DNA from: a virus
Lineage: Duplodnaviria; Caudoviricetes
Length of the DNA stretch: 64,000 nt
Strand: one strand, 5' to 3'
IMG/VR virus record: IMGVR_UViG_3300028833_000058
Both the position numbers and the translations under genes were made by a program. The notes under the pieces are model-generated. The model was not told the DNA's origin and did no database searches. It saw only the letters and a program-made list of their open reading frames with translations. Below, in pieces: positions 20,401 to 29,383 of this stretch (positions are counted from its first letter, which is position 1; every line of letters starts with the position of its first letter).

Positions 20401-22795
20401 TTTAATTCCAGAAGTTAGAGACGCTTTGTATAAAATTGCAATAGTCTTCAAAGATTATTTGGATTTACCGTTTGAAGTTAAAGATATTTATTTTACTGGA
20501 AGTAATGCAAACTACAACTATACAGACGAAAGCGATATAGACTTACACCTTGTTTATGATTTTGAACAAGCTGGTGTAAATGCCGAATTACTTTCTAAAT
20601 ATTTGGTTGCTGCCAAGAAAGACTTTAATAACAAATATGACATTAAAGTAAAAGGTCAGCCTGTTGAGTTAGGTTGTGAAAACATAAGTGAACCTTTGAT
20701 ATCAACTGGTGTATACTCACTTGGTGCAAATACATGGGTAATCAAACCCACTAACTCTGGAATAGAGATACCAGATGTTGACATGAACGCTTTCAATGAT
20801 TTATCAATGAAAATTGATGATACAATAAAAGCTCAAAACTATTCTGCTATCGAGAATTTATGGAAGAAAATAAGAGAACTTCGTAAGGATAGTTTGTCAA
20901 ATGAAGGTGAGTTTGGTATGGGTAATATGTTGTTTAAGAAATTACGTAATGCAGATTATTTAGAGAAGTTACGTAACAGTATGTATGACGTACAAAGTAA
21001 AGATTTGTCTTTAGAATCTTCTAAAGCTTTAGGTGAAGCAGAATTAAACGACAAAAAAGACTATTCAGAATATTTAAAAGACTTAAAAGATGAGTTGGAA
21101 ACAGAAGAAACACAAGATTTGTTAACAGATAAATCGTTGCTAAAATATTTAGATGGATATAAAGATAGAAGTGATAGACAAATTACTCCAATCAAAGATG
21201 GTGTGCTTGAAGAAGAAGTAGGAGGTAGAGCTTTATCTAAAGCGATAAGATATGCAGAAAACGATATCCCACCAGACATTAGTGACTATGAATATTTTGA
21301 TTTAGACGGAAACATTTGTGCAATCGATTGTGTTATAAAAAGAAATAAAGACACAGGAGAAGATGATGTAAAAATATACAAGTCTCCAGTCAAAAGAGAA
21401 AAGACAGCTAATGGTTCTTTTGCATTTATGAGACAAGCAGACAGTAAAGAAGAAATATCTATTGAAGAGATGAATGAAATCTTAGAAAACAATAGACATC
21501 GTTTGGAAGATACAACTCATCTATACGATAATTTAGACGAAGTTTTAGAAAAACTCTATGCCGAAAGAAATAATAGAAAAACTGATTTTGATAAATGGGT
21601 AGAAGAAAACAACGATTATCTTCATTTAGACGAGATATATCCTAACGAAGAAGATAAGTTTGAACGTAACATGGCTTTACATCAGTTATACAATCTCAAT
21701 AGACATGGTGTTTCTACTCTTGTTTTGCGTAATGAGGTTATACCAGAACAATATGGTGTACAAATGCCAAAACCAGAAATGAAGGTTGAAGAAGATACTG
21801 ATAGGGAAAAACTTAAGGCTGCATACAATCAGTTTAAATTAGATAATACTAAAAAGAAAGTAAGTTACTTACATGTTAGCAATTCTGATGAGTTAAATAA
21901 AATTAATAAGGTGCTTAGAGCACTTGAAATAAGTCCAGATTACTTGACTAGATATATTTATGAGCATGTAAAAGAATACGATAAGACACAGAGAAAGAAT
22001 ATTGACCATGAGAACATTTGGAAAATAGTTGGTGTAGAAGACGTATCAGAGTATCTTACCCCAGAATACCTTAAAAGAGATGGTACGTTTGATGAAGATA
22101 AGTTACCAATTAATCCGAATTCTGTTAAGATAACGATGAGAGATGTATCAAGAACTGGTAATGCGGATATGAATAAGGCTAAAGAATTCACTGTGTCGAA
22201 TGTAAAAAACATAATAAAGGCGTTCCCAGAAGAAAACGATATAGATTCTGATGACGATAAGATATCTGCAGATGTTCTTAATTATTCTTCTAGTAATCTT
22301 GATAGAGTTAGAAGTAATCCACAATCTAACTTCTATTGGCAATTGTTAACAGATGACCAAGTTAAACAAGTTTTAAGTTATGCACAATCTGATAGCTTTA
22401 AATCTAAAATAAAAGAAGAATTAGCAGCCTTGAAGAATGAGATGGCAATGCTAAATGTAGAGTTACCAGAAGATAAAAAAGAACTTTACAAAAAGAAAAT
22501 GCAGTATCGTAAGAAAAATGAAGATTTAATATACATGTCAACTAAAGATTTAATTGATGTATATAACAATCTTACCCCTAATGATAAGAATGGTATTTTC
22601 CTCATAATGAGAGCTTTAGGGTCTGTAAATGATAATGCAAAGCTTAAAACTGGTAAATTAGATACAGCACGTGGTGTTGGTTTCTATATAAAATTACCGA
22701 AAGAAGATAATACTGCAATGGGCGTTAAACATCAAGGCACGATGACTAAGACTAGTGTGTTAGATAAACTTCATAAGAATTCTGGAGGTTTTTAA
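17468..22795 (+). CDS. 1775 aa multidomain protein with an internal pol-beta-superfamily nucleotidyltransferase domain
   Basis: DIYFTGSNANYNYTDESDIDLHLV (GS...DxD) at about 20483-20554; short beta-hairpin repeats at about 18947-19093; coiled coils. Confidence 0.7.
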   Translation: MATKLFPNLERVTIKEHAKSNNYEDYIGVVLDKKNNTFKVVEGRFTDKKDMYEKMKARGLILRKAYERKVWEWIEANADGVIIAYLMLSTAFSKWRSNNVLHKYYQKLLTDIPELNRERDKGNPNTRGGDFITTDDEKSPERKTESVELEEEKKDYNDDEKHLVQFYGITNPKKDETILTSGNVTLPNNITKKGTHGDFFSLKNIYNIKLLDLIDSYLTGKNKKGIKKDKVKLAITLENGNEVFRIYDIKNINNDKQKCINAKTIHVTDRRGNDFGTRYDMAVKEFGLNKFDFKLIGITEEKELLNLSNEEPVDEESAGKKMKVLYNNKGELKDPVVAEMINEYLNTDNIKNRTGIDTQNRYFLIEVYIDGELKKSYTKASVISDLKEITDGVVKYSIDPDKSISLQIDPYIGRYRKAIEQGNTKLEDSEALKLLTLQKLYSLNNASLNTSKISGWQAKAANQLGGDSGENRRKITENIELNHFLSDLTSDKGDTIGIVKQDGDVVDVNGQHIGKVEGNSTKAYDDKGKFIGYVDKDGHVIETLLQQMNLYIENNIANHELNNTFYTGIPSNQFVPFEIGEIKEVARKLQIGKPLAENENERKELLKNVIWYVLASSKQEKESNKGWSKKAYQNNLLDSIDNAAELIEKMNSPKSGGPNPKTGGGNRYYEEQIGSLSQVRENLSKLISKAERSGLQIPPFYKDLTQVNPAKYHEPTPDEVKSAEDFASSRANEISAEAEKYKQDKEDFLTRKPDEIPEVEIPFDNISDKIKDFVYEKFNREAEKEIKSQNEYVVYNEVKYRYNVYKDKNEDEEEQSFEDFYKANVDNVRNEVTKELNLDNSEQLDKRKEKILERDKEEIQNEIKQISYDVVNSAKDFAKKDAFDENPNASEEDIKNKLKDISCYERALETILSDKQAAQKESVKITQYDNDGATLMHRYSPYQGAGFNYSAGPIKMTGQIVEDMTKTELNPKFFENDVLIPEVRDALYKIAIVFKDYLDLPFEVKDIYFTGSNANYNYTDESDIDLHLVYDFEQAGVNAELLSKYLVAAKKDFNNKYDIKVKGQPVELGCENISEPLISTGVYSLGANTWVIKPTNSGIEIPDVDMNAFNDLSMKIDDTIKAQNYSAIENLWKKIRELRKDSLSNEGEFGMGNMLFKKLRNADYLEKLRNSMYDVQSKDLSLESSKALGEAELNDKKDYSEYLKDLKDELETEETQDLLTDKSLLKYLDGYKDRSDRQITPIKDGVLEEEVGGRALSKAIRYAENDIPPDISDYEYFDLDGNICAIDCVIKRNKDTGEDDVKIYKSPVKREKTANGSFAFMRQADSKEEISIEEMNEILENNRHRLEDTTHLYDNLDEVLEKLYAERNNRKTDFDKWVEENNDYLHLDEIYPNEEDKFERNMALHQLYNLNRHGVSTLVLRNEVIPEQYGVQMPKPEMKVEEDTDREKLKAAYNQFKLDNTKKKVSYLHVSNSDELNKINKVLRALEISPDYLTRYIYEHVKEYDKTQRKNIDHENIWKIVGVEDVSEYLTPEYLKRDGTFDEDKLPINPNSVKITMRDVSRTGNADMNKAKEFTVSNVKNIIKAFPEENDIDSDDDKISADVLNYSSSNLDRVRSNPQSNFYWQLLTDDQVKQVLSYAQSDSFKSKIKEELAALKNEMAMLNVELPEDKKELYKKKMQYRKKNEDLIYMSTKDLIDVYNNLTPNDKNGIFLIMRALGSVNDNAKLKTGKLDTARGVGFYIKLPKEDNTAMGVKHQGTMTKTSVLDKLHKNSGGF

Positions 22796-23376
22796 TGTCA
22801 GGGTTTCGTGATATAGTTGAAAGAGTTCTACGTGAAGGAGATAAGAAAATCTTTGATAAAGATTCTGGCTATAACGTATCAGAAGATGAGAATCTTTATT
22901 GTGATTTAATCAAAAAGAAATGGCCAGATGCAGAAAAATCTGTTACTTTCGATGATTTTAGAAACCCAGAGAATCATAGGCCATGGCAAGTGGATATATT
23001 TGTTCCATCTGAAAATATGATGGTTCAAATCCAAAAAAATTGGAAGCACGGTAGAAGACCATATAATCCAGAAGACCCAAGTTGTCAATCTGACGTTGAT
23101 TGGTTGAAGTCTAAAAAAGGTGAATATTATGACAAAGTGTTATACACTTGGACAGAGCTTGACCCGTTGAAAAGAAAGATTGCTAAAGACCTTGGATACA
23201 AATATGTCGAAATTTTTAATCTCGATGAATTTTTAAAATGGTATAAGAATCCAGAGTTAACTTATGAAGAGTATAAATATCCAACAAGTCTTCAATATGA
23301 CAGTGATGAATATTTTAAGCAGAAAGAAAGAGGTCGTGATATTTACGGTAATGATTCAAAACCTTATGCTGCATAA
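22795..23376 (+). CDS. Vsr/DUF559-like nuclease-fold protein with 14 aa leader
   Basis: Pattern SEDE...PWQVDIFVP..MMVQIQKNWKHG...TWTELDPLKRKIAK..GYKYVEI; leader MSGFRDIVERVLRE. Confidence 0.55.
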   Translation: MSGFRDIVERVLREGDKKIFDKDSGYNVSEDENLYCDLIKKKWPDAEKSVTFDDFRNPENHRPWQVDIFVPSENMMVQIQKNWKHGRRPYNPEDPSCQSDVDWLKSKKGEYYDKVLYTWTELDPLKRKIAKDLGYKYVEIFNLDEFLKWYKNPELTYEEYKYPTSLQYDSDEYFKQKERGRDIYGNDSKPYAA

Positions 23377-23386
23377 GGAGTAAACT

Positions 23387-23653
23387 ATGTCTGAATTTCG
23401 TAAATTAGTTGAAAATGTTTTAAAAGAAAACGATGTCGATTGGGTAGCTTTTGATTCTGCTGCTGCAAGACAATTAGATTATGAAAACGAAATGGATAAT
23501 TATGTAGAAGAACTTATTTCTAATGGTGAAGTAAACATAGACGATAAAACTAAACAAAATAAGTTTTTTGATTACATTTATAGTATAGATGATGACATAG
23601 GGTTTGACCCAGAAGATTTAAGAAAGGAAGGTAATCTCATTTATTTGGCGTAA
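23387..23653 (+). CDS. small acidic protein with 14 aa leader (putative internal head protein)
   Basis: Leader MSEFRKLVENVLKE; RBS AAGGAG. Confidence 0.6.
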   Translation: MSEFRKLVENVLKENDVDWVAFDSAAARQLDYENEMDNYVEELISNGEVNIDDKTKQNKFFDYIYSIDDDIGFDPEDLRKEGNLIYLA

Positions 23654-23660
23654 ATTATTG

Positions 23661-23667
23661 AGTTCTA
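23661..23667 (+). promoter_or_regulatory. AGTTCTA putative late-promoter motif
   Basis: About 34 nt upstream of the ATG at 23702. Confidence 0.6.
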
Positions 23668-23701
23668 AATATAAAAGACATTTTAACATAAGGATATGAA
23701 C

Positions 23702-24337
23702 ATGAGTGAAATTAGAGACCGTATAGTTAAAGTTTTAGAAGAATCACATATTTCTTTCATGGAAGAAGGCATCAAAGATTATCTTCCGAGAACAGGTTTT
23801 ATTAGAAATGATGACGAAGATAAAGATTCATCTAAACTTGGTGCTTTTCTTGGTCAAGGAACAGATGAGCAAATGAGAATGGCTAAAATTATTGCCAAAG
23901 TTAAATTTGCTAATGGTGATAGAATGGGTAGAGTTTCAAGTGAAGATTTAAAACATTTTGATGAATACAAAAAGCAATATGATAAAATGTTTGGCTCTAG
24001 TGAAGAAATGGAAGAAGGTTGGAAAGACAATTTGAAGAAAGCTGCTGGTGTTGCTGCTGTAACTGGTGGTTTAATGGCTGGTGGTGCTCAAGCTGCTAAT
24101 AATCAAATATATGTCGACCCTTATGAAGACAATGATATTCCACCATCAGAATATTCTGAATTATTCAAAGGCGTAAAAGAGATTGACCAAATTAATCAGA
24201 CTGTTACTGATGAATATGGTAACGTGTGGACTTTTGATGAATGGCAAGAGTTACAAGATAACATTGACCCAAATGGCGAAGGTAATCCACCAGAGAAACT
24301 TGATAAATTTTATGATTCAAACGAAGAGGATATTTAA
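23702..24337 (+). CDS. putative internal head protein with 14 aa leader and an internal hydrophobic segment
   Basis: Start moved to 23702 based on RBS AAGGA spacing and leader alignment; leader MSEIRDRIVKVLEE. Confidence 0.6.
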   Translation: MSEIRDRIVKVLEESHISFMEEGIKDYLPRTGFIRNDDEDKDSSKLGAFLGQGTDEQMRMAKIIAKVKFANGDRMGRVSSEDLKHFDEYKKQYDKMFGSSEEMEEGWKDNLKKAAGVAAVTGGLMAGGAQAANNQIYVDPYEDNDIPPSEYSELFKGVKEIDQINQTVTDEYGNVWTFDEWQELQDNIDPNGEGNPPEKLDKFYDSNEEDI

Positions 24338-24347
24338 GGATAGTATC

Positions 24348-24656
24348 ATGAGTGAAATTAGAGACCGTGTATTGAAAGTATTAAAAGAATCTCCAATAGA
24401 TTATGTAGCTGCAGTATCAGAAGATGCTAATGGTAACATTGATACATTAACTATGGATATTCCTTTGTTCTTACGTTTACTTGAATATGCTAAAGAAGAT
24501 GCTAAAACAGATTTAGACTTACATTTTGTTACAGAAAATGCTTTAGAGTGCATGAAAGGTAAAGATAAACTTTCGATGGATTGTTATGAAAATATTATCC
24601 CATCGAAAGAACAACAATCAGAAGAAAACAAAGAGGTAGAAAATGAGTCACTTTAG
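24348..24656 (+). CDS. putative internal head protein with 14 aa leader
   Basis: True start is ATG 24348 (RBS AAGGA), not 24183. Leader MSEIRDRVLKVLKE; 24347-24368 is identical to 23701-23722. Confidence 0.6.
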   Translation: MSEIRDRVLKVLKESPIDYVAAVSEDANGNIDTLTMDIPLFLRLLEYAKEDAKTDLDLHFVTENALECMKGKDKLSMDCYENIIPSKEQQSEENKEVENESL

Positions 24657-25146
24657 AACACTCGTTGAAAGTATCATGAATGAATATTGGGGTCATAATC
24701 CATATGACGACAATGACGGTGAAGATGAGTATCGTGATTGGTTAGAAGAACAAGATTATAGAGAGGGTTATGCTGTTTATTTAGGTAAAGATAACGAAGG
24801 TGAAGATGTTTTTGCCACAGCTGATAAATCTATTCCAGAAGAACCAGATTATACCCCATGTACACAAATTGAATCTCAAGATGTTTTCGAGTACAAATGG
24901 GATAATTCACAAGAAGAAGCAGAGGCAAGAAGAAAAGCTGAAGAGTTTGCTAATGAATGGAAAGAACATTTTCCAGATAACAGTGTTGAAATTGTTAAAG
25001 TGTATTCAAAAAATGAAGACAATTGTTTATTTCATAGAACGAAACAAGAAGTATATCCGTTTGAGAATTGGGATTATGGTGAATATTTGAATGACAAAAA
25101 AGCTACTGCATCTGAATTCAATTGGGAATTAGAAAACGGAAAATAA
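24643..25146 (+). CDS. acidic putative internal head protein with 14 aa leader
   Basis: Leader MSHFRTLVESIMNE; RBS GAGG. Confidence 0.6.
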   Translation: MSHFRTLVESIMNEYWGHNPYDDNDGEDEYRDWLEEQDYREGYAVYLGKDNEGEDVFATADKSIPEEPDYTPCTQIESQDVFEYKWDNSQEEAEARRKAEEFANEWKEHFPDNSVEIVKVYSKNEDNCLFHRTKQEVYPFENWDYGEYLNDKKATASEFNWELENGK

Positions 25147-25161
25147 CAGAAGGAAACTAAA

Positions 25162-25956
25162 ATGGCTGATTTTGGTCCAATACGTAAAATAGTAGATAAA
25201 GCGATAGCGTTAGATTTAGCAAATCCTAATCTTGCAATATCAGAAAAGGAAAGTTTGCTAAAAGAAGCAGCTATTTCGTTGGGTACTTTAGACTATTTTA
25301 GAACATTCCCAATGAAAATAGTCTATTGTACGACATATAATACATCAGGTAGTGGTCAGACTACGTTCAACTGGGCTGGTCTTACTCCTCCGTATACTGA
25401 TAACGGGGGTATGTATATCCCTTTCAATGATATTCTTACTAAAGGACAGCCAGCAGTACCAGAAGACCAGCTTGAAAACGCTTATTTTCTCGGTGTTTTT
25501 CGTATTGAAAGACCATATTGGTCAAACTATTCAAATCCATCACTTTGGGAAAAACAAATGTTCGGATTTCAAGTCAGTTCAACTAACTTTGACTTGATGT
25601 CTAACGTTTTGAGTAATACTTACGATGAAATTTCAACTGGTCAACCTGTACATCACATCAATAGAATGGAAAATCGTGTTGAAATTCTAGCTCCATGGGG
25701 ATTCGGACAGCTCGCACTCTATGGTGCAGTTGGTTTTACGTCACCAGAGTATGTTGAAATGTCTAAAGTTGATTACTTGTGTAAATTTATTTCACTTAGA
25801 TTTATCGAATCAATTATCCAAGCTCGTGATGGTGTAAAACTTAGTGCTGATTTTGAAATTTCAACTGCTGCTTTACAAGACAGGTTACATAAATTACGTG
25901 AAGAAGTAGATTCTATAAAGAATTTAACACCTTTAAGTTTAGCACAGTGGGCTTAA
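25162..25956 (+). CDS. putative neck/head-completion protein
   Basis: 264 aa in the head module; size and helical termini are loosely like gp13-type neck proteins. Confidence 0.35.
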   Translation: MADFGPIRKIVDKAIALDLANPNLAISEKESLLKEAAISLGTLDYFRTFPMKIVYCTTYNTSGSGQTTFNWAGLTPPYTDNGGMYIPFNDILTKGQPAVPEDQLENAYFLGVFRIERPYWSNYSNPSLWEKQMFGFQVSSTNFDLMSNVLSNTYDEISTGQPVHHINRMENRVEILAPWGFGQLALYGAVGFTSPEYVEMSKVDYLCKFISLRFIESIIQARDGVKLSADFEISTAALQDRLHKLREEVDSIKNLTPLSLAQWA

Positions 25957-25978
25957 TGTAGACAAAACACCCTTTTTG

Positions 25979-26008
25979 AAAGCAGATTCTTATGTAATCT
26001 GCTTTTTT
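25979..26008 (+). terminator. Rho-independent terminator
   Basis: Stem AAAGCAGATT/AATCTGCTTT followed by a T tract. Confidence 0.8.
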
Positions 26009-26055
26009 GTATCAAATAATTTAAGAACTATTCATAATTAACTCAATAAAATATA

Positions 26056-26062
26056 AGTTCTA
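26056..26062 (+). promoter_or_regulatory. AGTTCTA putative late-promoter motif
   Basis: Upstream of the protease ATG at 26109. Confidence 0.6.
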
Positions 26063-26108
26063 TATTTATATTGAAAACGTTTTGCAAAATAATATAGGAC
26101 CTATATAA

Positions 26109-29100
26109 ATGAACAAATGGGAAGAAAGTCTTACTAATAGTAATGATAAACGTAAACTTTTAATCGAATCATCTGAATTTACATCTAAAATTAAACTAAA
26201 TAAGACTTTAAAAGAGTCTTTAGTTATGCAATCTGGTAAAAACGGTACTTTGATTGTTAGAAATATTCCTGTTACAATTTTAGACCGTGAAAATTTAAAT
26301 GGCCGTATTTATTCTACAGAAACAATGCGTCAAGCTATTGAAGAAGCAAGAGAAGCCATGAGAGATAAACAGACTCTAGGTCAAGCAAATGAACATCCAG
26401 AGTCATCATTTGTTGCTCCAACAGATGCTTCCCATGTAATTATTAATGCTTACATTAAAGAAAATATCAATATTGTTGTTGATGGTAAAAAGGAACGCCA
26501 TAATGTTTTATTTACAGATTGGGAAGTGCTAAATACAACTCATGGTAAAGACTTGAGAGCATTGTTTGAAGCAGAATGTTCATTTGGTACATCTATTCGT
26601 GGCGTTGGTGAATTAAATGGTAAGATGGTTGAGAATTACTCGTTCATTTCAGTTGATGGTGTAGGTAATCCTTCTTCTTCTACTTATACTCGCATGCCTG
26701 TATCTGAATCTGTTAAAGTAGAATTCAAAGACGCTAACGAATTGAAAGAAAATTATACAGTCACATCTTCTTCTACCAATGTTGTTCGTGATTTATCTCA
26801 AGCTGGTATATTACAACAACAATTAAATGCCAATCCTTATGGTACGGTTACAAAAACTTCTACGAAGGTTGACCAAGAAACTGACCCTAAGACTGGTGCT
26901 CAAACTTCGATTACAACAGTTGAAGCTGATACAGAAGATGAAGTCAATAATTTAGCTCAAGCTTTTGATATGGCCCATAAGGCAATGACGAATGGTGTTG
27001 CAAAAGTAACTAGCGTAACCATTGAAGCCAACGAAGATGAAGATGAGCATGGAAACAAGACAGAATCAACAGAAACATTTGATACTGGCATAGAAGCTTA
27101 TGCACCAGAATCTGCTCCAGTAGAAGAAAACGTTGAAGACATTATAAACAGAAAATTTGGTGATATTCAATCTAAATTACCTGAAGATAATATTTATAGT
27201 ATACGTGCTAAAAAAGTTATGGATAACTATAAAAACGGTAAATTAACTCAAAGAGATGTTCTAGCAAGTTTAGAAATACCATCAAAGTTTGCTAACGATT
27301 ACGTTACTAAGCATGGTGTCAACGAAGATGTTGATGATGACATTGAACATATGAAAGCCGCAAGAGAAAATGAACAATATATAAGAGCTATGGGCATCAA
27401 GAGAGACATAGATGCTATAATTCAAGATAAGACTGCTTCAAAAGAAATTAGAAAAAAATTCGTTGAATTGGATAGTGACATAAATCATAGTTTAAGACAT
27501 AGCGATAGTTTTTCAGAGATTGATGAACAATTAGACAAAGCTGTTGATGCTATTTATGATTATTATAATGGAATAAACGAATCTACAATAGTTGAATCTA
27601 AAAAAGAAGAACAAAAAGACCCAAATGAGGGTAAACAATATGTGTTAAAGATTAAAGATAATGACCCAGAGATAAAAGAAGGTGCTGAAAGTGAACCTGA
27701 ATTTGTTGCCATGAAAGGTAATGCGATTAGATTTACTAAAGACCCTAAGAAAGCGTTACACTTTACAAAGGGTATGGAAAACTCTGGTATTGTTCATTAT
27801 GATAACATTCAGAAGTTGCTTGCTGATATGGGTTATGGTGAACAAAATCTTGAAAAATGGTATAAAAAAGATGGTGAAGTTGCTCCTAAAAAAGAAGGTT
27901 CAGTCGGTGGAGTAATTAAAGGTACTGTTTCTAATTGTAGCTTAGGCAGTGACATTGATAACAATTTAACTAATGAAAAAGATGAAAGCACAGAGTTAAC
28001 AGAAGACGGTAACACTAAATATTCTCTTATTCTTGAAATCAATAATAAGGGTGGATTATCAGAAACTAAACCGTTTAGTGTTTCTGCTGTTGACCAAGAA
28101 GCTGTGCTAAAAGAAATAAGTAATCAATGGGACCAACAAGATAGAAGTAGTGACGGACGACAAGTTGTAAAAGCTACTTTGGTCAATAATCAAACTGGCG
28201 AAAGATTTATCTACGATAGAAAAGGTAATACACTTACTCCAGAACAAGATAATGAACAGCAAGTTCAATCAGTAGAAGAACCTGTTGACAATGATGTTAA
28301 GTTTAGTGACCCGAAAGATGTAAATTTAGGTGTAGCTGCTGAATCTGCTGATGGAGAAATTGAACAAAAAGATAATAAACTTTCAATGGATATTGATGAT
28401 AATACTCATGTAGAAAAAGAGTTTGAAACGCCAGCTCAAGCTTCTGTTGCTAAAGCTGCTGTTGAACAAGGTAAAGTTTCTGGTGATGTTTTATTAAGTG
28501 ATGCTGTTGATGATGATAACAATTGGAAAATTTGTGTTGTTTTTGACAAATTAGATTATGACGATGAAGAATTGTTATATAACAATGCTGATTCAGACAG
28601 TGGTCAACATGTATTTAGTGGATTCAGTGATGGTAAACCAGATAAAATACGTGTAACACTTTATCCACAAGAAGTTGGTAATGCAGACAATTGGGCAGAA
28701 ATCTTTTCATTGGCTAGAAATAAATTGAAAAATAATCTTGGAGTATCTGGACATCCTCATGTTGCTGATTTTGACGTTTTTGATAGTAATGAACAATTTA
28801 AAGATGGTATTCAAGAACTTCCAGAATCAACAAATGAACTGAAACCAGGTTGGTATGTTGCTCATGATAAAATTGGTATATCTGGCCCATACGAAACTCG
28901 TGAAGCTTGTATGGAAGGATTAGAAGACTTTGCTGAAGATGTTTCTGTGTATGAAATTACAGAAGATGATTTGAATGAAGTGTTATTTAAAGAACCAAGT
29001 AAACCATCTGATGAGTATATACAAGAACCAGAAGAAGAATCAGTTGTTGAAAGTTCTTTAGTTCCTGTACGTTTCTCAAATATTAAGTGGGATGAAAAAG

Positions 29101-29363
29101 ACGTTGCTTATCGTATGTTTGAAGATATCGAAAAGGATATGCAAGTTAGCCACATCGAACCAGATATAAACAACGCTAATATTTTAGTAGAATATTTTGA
29201 AAATTACATGAACGACCTCAATAACGTTTCAGTTTCGTATAATGTAAATCCAACTAGTATTAAAGAATCTAATAATTATCAAGAAGAAATTATTAAGATG
29301 TATAATGAAGATGAGAGTAGAAAATATCCAAAAATACAAAGTGCTGATATAAATCTCGGATAA
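26109..29363 (+). CDS. prohead core protease (T4 gp21-like) with a long acidic C-terminal extension
   Basis: First ~200 aa contain NLNGRIY, LGQANEHP, ASH, VLNTTHGK, GTSIRGVG and D.VGNPS. Confidence 0.85.
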   Translation: MNKWEESLTNSNDKRKLLIESSEFTSKIKLNKTLKESLVMQSGKNGTLIVRNIPVTILDRENLNGRIYSTETMRQAIEEAREAMRDKQTLGQANEHPESSFVAPTDASHVIINAYIKENINIVVDGKKERHNVLFTDWEVLNTTHGKDLRALFEAECSFGTSIRGVGELNGKMVENYSFISVDGVGNPSSSTYTRMPVSESVKVEFKDANELKENYTVTSSSTNVVRDLSQAGILQQQLNANPYGTVTKTSTKVDQETDPKTGAQTSITTVEADTEDEVNNLAQAFDMAHKAMTNGVAKVTSVTIEANEDEDEHGNKTESTETFDTGIEAYAPESAPVEENVEDIINRKFGDIQSKLPEDNIYSIRAKKVMDNYKNGKLTQRDVLASLEIPSKFANDYVTKHGVNEDVDDDIEHMKAARENEQYIRAMGIKRDIDAIIQDKTASKEIRKKFVELDSDINHSLRHSDSFSEIDEQLDKAVDAIYDYYNGINESTIVESKKEEQKDPNEGKQYVLKIKDNDPEIKEGAESEPEFVAMKGNAIRFTKDPKKALHFTKGMENSGIVHYDNIQKLLADMGYGEQNLEKWYKKDGEVAPKKEGSVGGVIKGTVSNCSLGSDIDNNLTNEKDESTELTEDGNTKYSLILEINNKGGLSETKPFSVSAVDQEAVLKEISNQWDQQDRSSDGRQVVKATLVNNQTGERFIYDRKGNTLTPEQDNEQQVQSVEEPVDNDVKFSDPKDVNLGVAAESADGEIEQKDNKLSMDIDDNTHVEKEFETPAQASVAKAAVEQGKVSGDVLLSDAVDDDNNWKICVVFDKLDYDDEELLYNNADSDSGQHVFSGFSDGKPDKIRVTLYPQEVGNADNWAEIFSLARNKLKNNLGVSGHPHVADFDVFDSNEQFKDGIQELPESTNELKPGWYVAHDKIGISGPYETREACMEGLEDFAEDVSVYEITEDDLNEVLFKEPSKPSDEYIQEPEEESVVESSLVPVRFSNIKWDEKDVAYRMFEDIEKDMQVSHIEPDINNANILVEYFENYMNDLNNVSVSYNVNPTSIKESNNYQEEIIKMYNEDESRKYPKIQSADINLG

Positions 29364-29383
29364 TTTATACAGAAGGATGTGAA

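Noticed and set aside
24183-24347. 5' extension of the ORF-track gene 24183..24656
   Set aside because: It overlaps the previous gene; the RBS and leader alignment place the start at 24348.
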